Shown piece after piece: positions 59,070 to 64,000 of a stretch of 64,000 nucleotides of DNA. The first letter of the stretch is position 1, and the number at the start of each line of letters is the position of its first letter. Origin of the DNA: the human T2T-CHM13v2.0 reference genome, Homo sapiens; assembly GCF_009914755.1 (NCBI RefSeq), contig NC_060927.1, one strand, 5' to 3'. The translations under genes were made by a program, and so were the position numbers. Under the pieces are notes generated by a model. The model ran no database searches. It was not told the origin of the DNA and saw only the letters and a program-made list of their open reading frames with translations.

Positions 59070-59514
59070 CTAACTGCTCTGAGCCTTGGCTTGTCAGTGC
59101 AGAATGAGAGTGATACTCTCTTCCTTGAAGTTCTGTTAGGAGCAATAAGCTGTGTCTGGCCAATAATAATGGCACCTATTATTGTCATTCTAGGGTTAAC
59201 TAGTCACTAGCAAACTCATCATTTTCATTCCCTGTGGGCCCATATGTACCTGAGGACAGAATTCCTATCTATCTTCCTATTTCCTGCAAACTGAACTCAG
59301 TACTTTTCTCTTGGGGAGTGGTTTCGGGCAGTATTCGACAAGTATCAATTTGGATATATTTCTATCAACTTCAAGAGCAATACGCTCAGTTTTTCTCTTA
59401 TTTAATATCAATCTTATTCAAGTGAAGACACATATTTATTATAGTAAAACCTTATTATTATAAGACATATCACATCTTCCACAAATAAATAGCTGTTTGA
59501 TGGATACTTGAGTA

Positions 59515-59570
59515 AATCAATGAATGAATACAATGGATGGATGGATGGATGGAATATGCCTGGATGGACA
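59515..59570. repeat. (TGAA)/(TGGA)n simple repeat
   Basis: Directly visible. Confidence 0.8.
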
Positions 59571-60196
59571 GACTTAGAAAGAAAAAAGGAAAGTTGAAGG
59601 CAGGCTCAATTAATATTTTAAATTCACAGCTTCCACATTCAGGCACTTTGGAGAACTTCAGGATTTTCATCTCCATTTCCAACTACAAAATGGTCTATAG
59701 AGTACAACAAATGTTTCCTTTAGAGATCAAAATATTTTATAGTTATCCATATAAAAGCAGCTAAGGTTTATATGTCAATTGATTCAGAACATACTTGTCT
59801 TAATGCGACTATGAATCTGTTAATATTCTGAACTCCTGAAAATGTCAATAGTCACATCAGTATTGACATATTCAAAAAATAGTTTACAATTTTGAGATTC
59901 ATTCAGTCTACAGATGGATTACCTAACTGTTTGCCATGACATTCTAACCTATCCCCAGGATAGGAGCAATAAATAAGCAGTAATATTCTATTGTACAGAT
60001 GCCAATTTCTCATTAGCCTATCAATCATCTGCTTCCTAGTCTTGATCTTGCAGTTTGTGGTGACATAAGTGCTGCTGTAATGCAACTTTTGCACCTGCTC
60101 CTTTAGGGAAGGTGGAAACTACTGGGTTATTGGAGAAGCAGTCTACACACATTGACCTCTGATGCAAATGTGATGGGAGCCAGAAAGCATATTCTT

Positions 60197-60681
<485 letters not shown>

Positions 60682-60783
60682 TAAAACATCAAATTTAGAG
60701 ATTCATCTCTATATTTTTTTATTTTGACACTACCTATACATACATTCTTGACTTCAAGATTTTGAAAAATGCTAATGTTTTAA

Positions 60784-61112
<329 letters not shown>

Positions 61113-63174
61113 TGTTTTAAAGTTTAACTTTATTACCTGCAGAACAGTAGCAAAGTGTTGTTCAAGGAAAACTGTGTGCCTAAGATGAAGCTGTATTATA
61201 CTTACAGATTAAACTGTTTAAGGAAATTGTTGTTTTGAGACATAATCACATCCAAAAACACTAGTCATGTGTCTCCCTGCCTTGACGGAGACTCTAGCAA
61301 CTGGACAAGTCTTCCTAGAGATGAAAACGCCTATTCAGTGCGTTTTCTTCAGGTTCTGTCAGCTAAGCTACCTGAGCTGACTTCTGTTTTTCAGTCTATC
61401 CATCTTGGGTAAAGAAAAAAAAAATAAAGATGCTGATACAGAAGTTGTAAATCCCATGCCATCTGGGCATGTTGCTAACAGTTCTCACCTTTGTCACACC
61501 AGGGTTTACAAGGCAATTTTTACCATAATGTCACTTCAGCCTCCATTACCTGCTGTTTGGCATCTCACATTCTCGTTTTTCCATCCCAAGGGCTATGTTG
61601 TTATAATATGTGAATGGCAGTATACAAGACTTCCATTTCAAGAATATGTGCATAGCAGAGATATGGAAAGCTGAATCAAGACACCAAAGTCACTTGCTGA
61701 TTAAACACTGGGACAGACTCAAGCCTGTTTTCTACTCAGAATAAATTTCTATCAGCCATTGTTGAACAGAACTCATCTCTTTATTAACATGCATGTATGT
61801 AATAACTTGATTAACCTATGAATTCCTGAGTAATTAGTATTTATCATAAGGTGCCCATGAACTAGTCTTATGACCTTACTGAAAACAGGGTAATTTTTCT
61901 CGTGTATTTCAATGTCTAATGATTGTGTGGTGATATCAGCAAGTGAATGGTAATTAACACGAACTCCCAGCTTTTCACATGACTGATAACTAGATTAATA
62001 ATTATGCTACAGGTGATGCATGTCCAGTCTTCTATTTCTGGCTTTTGATTTCCTAGTTTTCTGACAAACTTTGGGAGGTTAATTCCTCTTGCTTCATAGA
62101 GGTGCTGGATTGCTCTGCAGAGAAAGCAATGACTGGGAGGTGGCAGAAAATGACACAGAATGATGGGGAGATAAGAACCCTCTCAGATGACAGCAGTCTG
62201 TTGCTGCGAGGTTACAGGGATTCCTAGGAAAATTCTTCATTGTCTCCCACCATAAAACAATTTTTTATTATTATAGTATCAAATAGATGGCAAATGCTCT
62301 TATGCAGAGCTGCCCCAAGTTGCTGATACTATCTTGTAAATTACATCGATGAATTAAGGAAATATGATTAACATATGCAGTTTCCACACTTTGGGATCCT
62401 TATTTAGGCCTTTTCCACATCTATCTTCCCAATCTAGTTATGGAGAACATTTCTGGGTTTTATCCCAAATAAACAAAAGAAAGTTATAAACTTACTGCAC
62501 TAAAAGGAGATTTTAACACAATTTTACTATGAGTCAAAACATTTAGTTAACTCTGGAGATATTTCTGCTAATGTGATTTTAAGCATTGCTGATGTGTTAA
62601 ACAATGGGCTGGAAAATTAAAACAAAACCATGAACTGTGCTGTCTCCAATTTTGAAATGTCAGAAGCTTTTGGCTTAGGACAGTGTCACTTCTGCTGAGG
62701 ACTCTGTGACTTCTCATTTGGAGAATGGCAACAGGGTGCTGGTTTAGAGCATGCCATACTAGAAAGAGCCCTGGTCATGAGTCAGAGCATCCAGGTTCTA
62801 GTTTTACTTCTTCACAGCTCTGTGATTTTAGGTTGGCTGCCTCCTCTCTGAGGCACACTTTGCAAACTCCCGAAGTGTAGCCCTAAATAAAAGCTGGAGG
62901 GTTTTGTGCTGAAGCTTAGTTTCTGGCCTCCTGCCTCATGTGCCATTTCTAAGCAGGAAGTCTGGGCTCAAGGCACTAGGCATTGGCTGGTTAAGAGCCC
63001 ACGCTCTTAGCATCTGCAGGCTCAGCTTCCAGACTCTAATGTACATTATCACACATCTTCCTCCCCATACTTTTACCCAAAAAGAATCTCACTAGCAGGT
63101 AATTTCCACAAAGGACTAGAACACTGCTTGGCATCTAAGCAACACTCAATAGACAGAGGCTAACACTACTATGA

Positions 63175-63485
63175 TTATTTTTATTTTATTTATTTTATTT
63201 TTTTTGAGACAGAGTCTCGCTCTGTTGCCCAGGCTGGAGTGCAGTGGTATGATCAGCTCACTGCAACCTCCACCTCCCGAGCTCAAGCAATCCTCCCACC
63301 TCAGCCTCCCGAGTAGCTGGGACTACAGGTGTGCACCGCCATGCTCAGCTAATTTTTTGTATTTTGGGTAGAGGTGGGGTTTTACCGTGTTGCCCAGGCT
63401 GGTCTTGAACTCCTGAGCTCAAGCAATCTGCCTGCCTCGGCCTCCCAAAGTGCTGGATTACAGGCATGAGCCATTGTGCCCAGCT
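63175..63485 (-). mobile_element. AluJ(b)-like
   Basis: 'gctcaagcaatcctcccacc', 'gtgttgcccagg', (TTTTA)n tail. Confidence 0.9.
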
Positions 63486-64000
63486 GGTTACTATTATTAT
63501 TACTATTACTGCCTTTCTTTGCTTACTCTGTTAGGCTGATATAAGAGGAAATACAACAGATAAATAAAATATGATTGTATCTTCAGTAATCAGAAAAATA
63601 ACAAATTTAAACATTTCTAACCACAGAGAGGGAACCAAGAAGAAATGAAGAAATGTGAAGTGAATATAGCTAACACAAAGTATGGGAGACAGAGAAGGGC
63701 AAGCACATGTCCTGCAGGGACTGTGCGACTCTGTGGGAAGAAAACCAAATGGACCACAGTGCAGGCCATGAGCTCTCTGATTAATCCTTCATCAGTTGTA
63801 CTGATATACCCCGGAGTTACAGCTTCAGCTGCTCTCTGACCTGGCTCATACCCTCTACTGAATTAAAGGCCATAAGTCAAAAAGGTGATGAAGCGGGGCT
63901 GATACCAGCTGCTGTGGACAGAGTTTACTCTGATCTGTCAATCCCCTCACCTGTCTGGTTGGCACCCAGGTCATTTTGGCTGTTAAATGCTTATATCTTC

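Overview
Mammalian, almost certainly human/great-ape, AT-rich genomic DNA (AluY/S/J, L1PA2). The window lies inside CNTN3 (contactin-3/BIG-1) on the minus strand. Six coding exons (13400 down to 3893) have GT-AG boundaries and splice into one continuous frame covering the C-terminal half of Ig2, all of Ig3 and Ig4, and the N-terminal half of Ig5. Three of these exons are missing from the ORF track. Everything from 13401 to 64000 is one intron of more than 50 kb containing Alu, L1, L2, MIR, MLT1/LTR and DNA-transposon copies, including a full-length Tigger1. I found no new protein-coding system; the other ORFs are repeat-derived or noise. The best leads are: (i) two AG|GTAAGA recursive-splice-type junctions on the sense strand; (ii) several short local duplications that look like templated insertions, one bounded by fold-back hairpins and one replacing the third catalytic Asp motif of Tigger1; (iii) a 15-bp target site present three times, indicating two SINE insertions at one site; (iv) a very small twin-priming L1 inversion; (v) an internally deleted AluJ with the splice signals of a poison exon. 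Repeat subfamily names come from recalled consensus sequences and need RepeatMasker confirmation.
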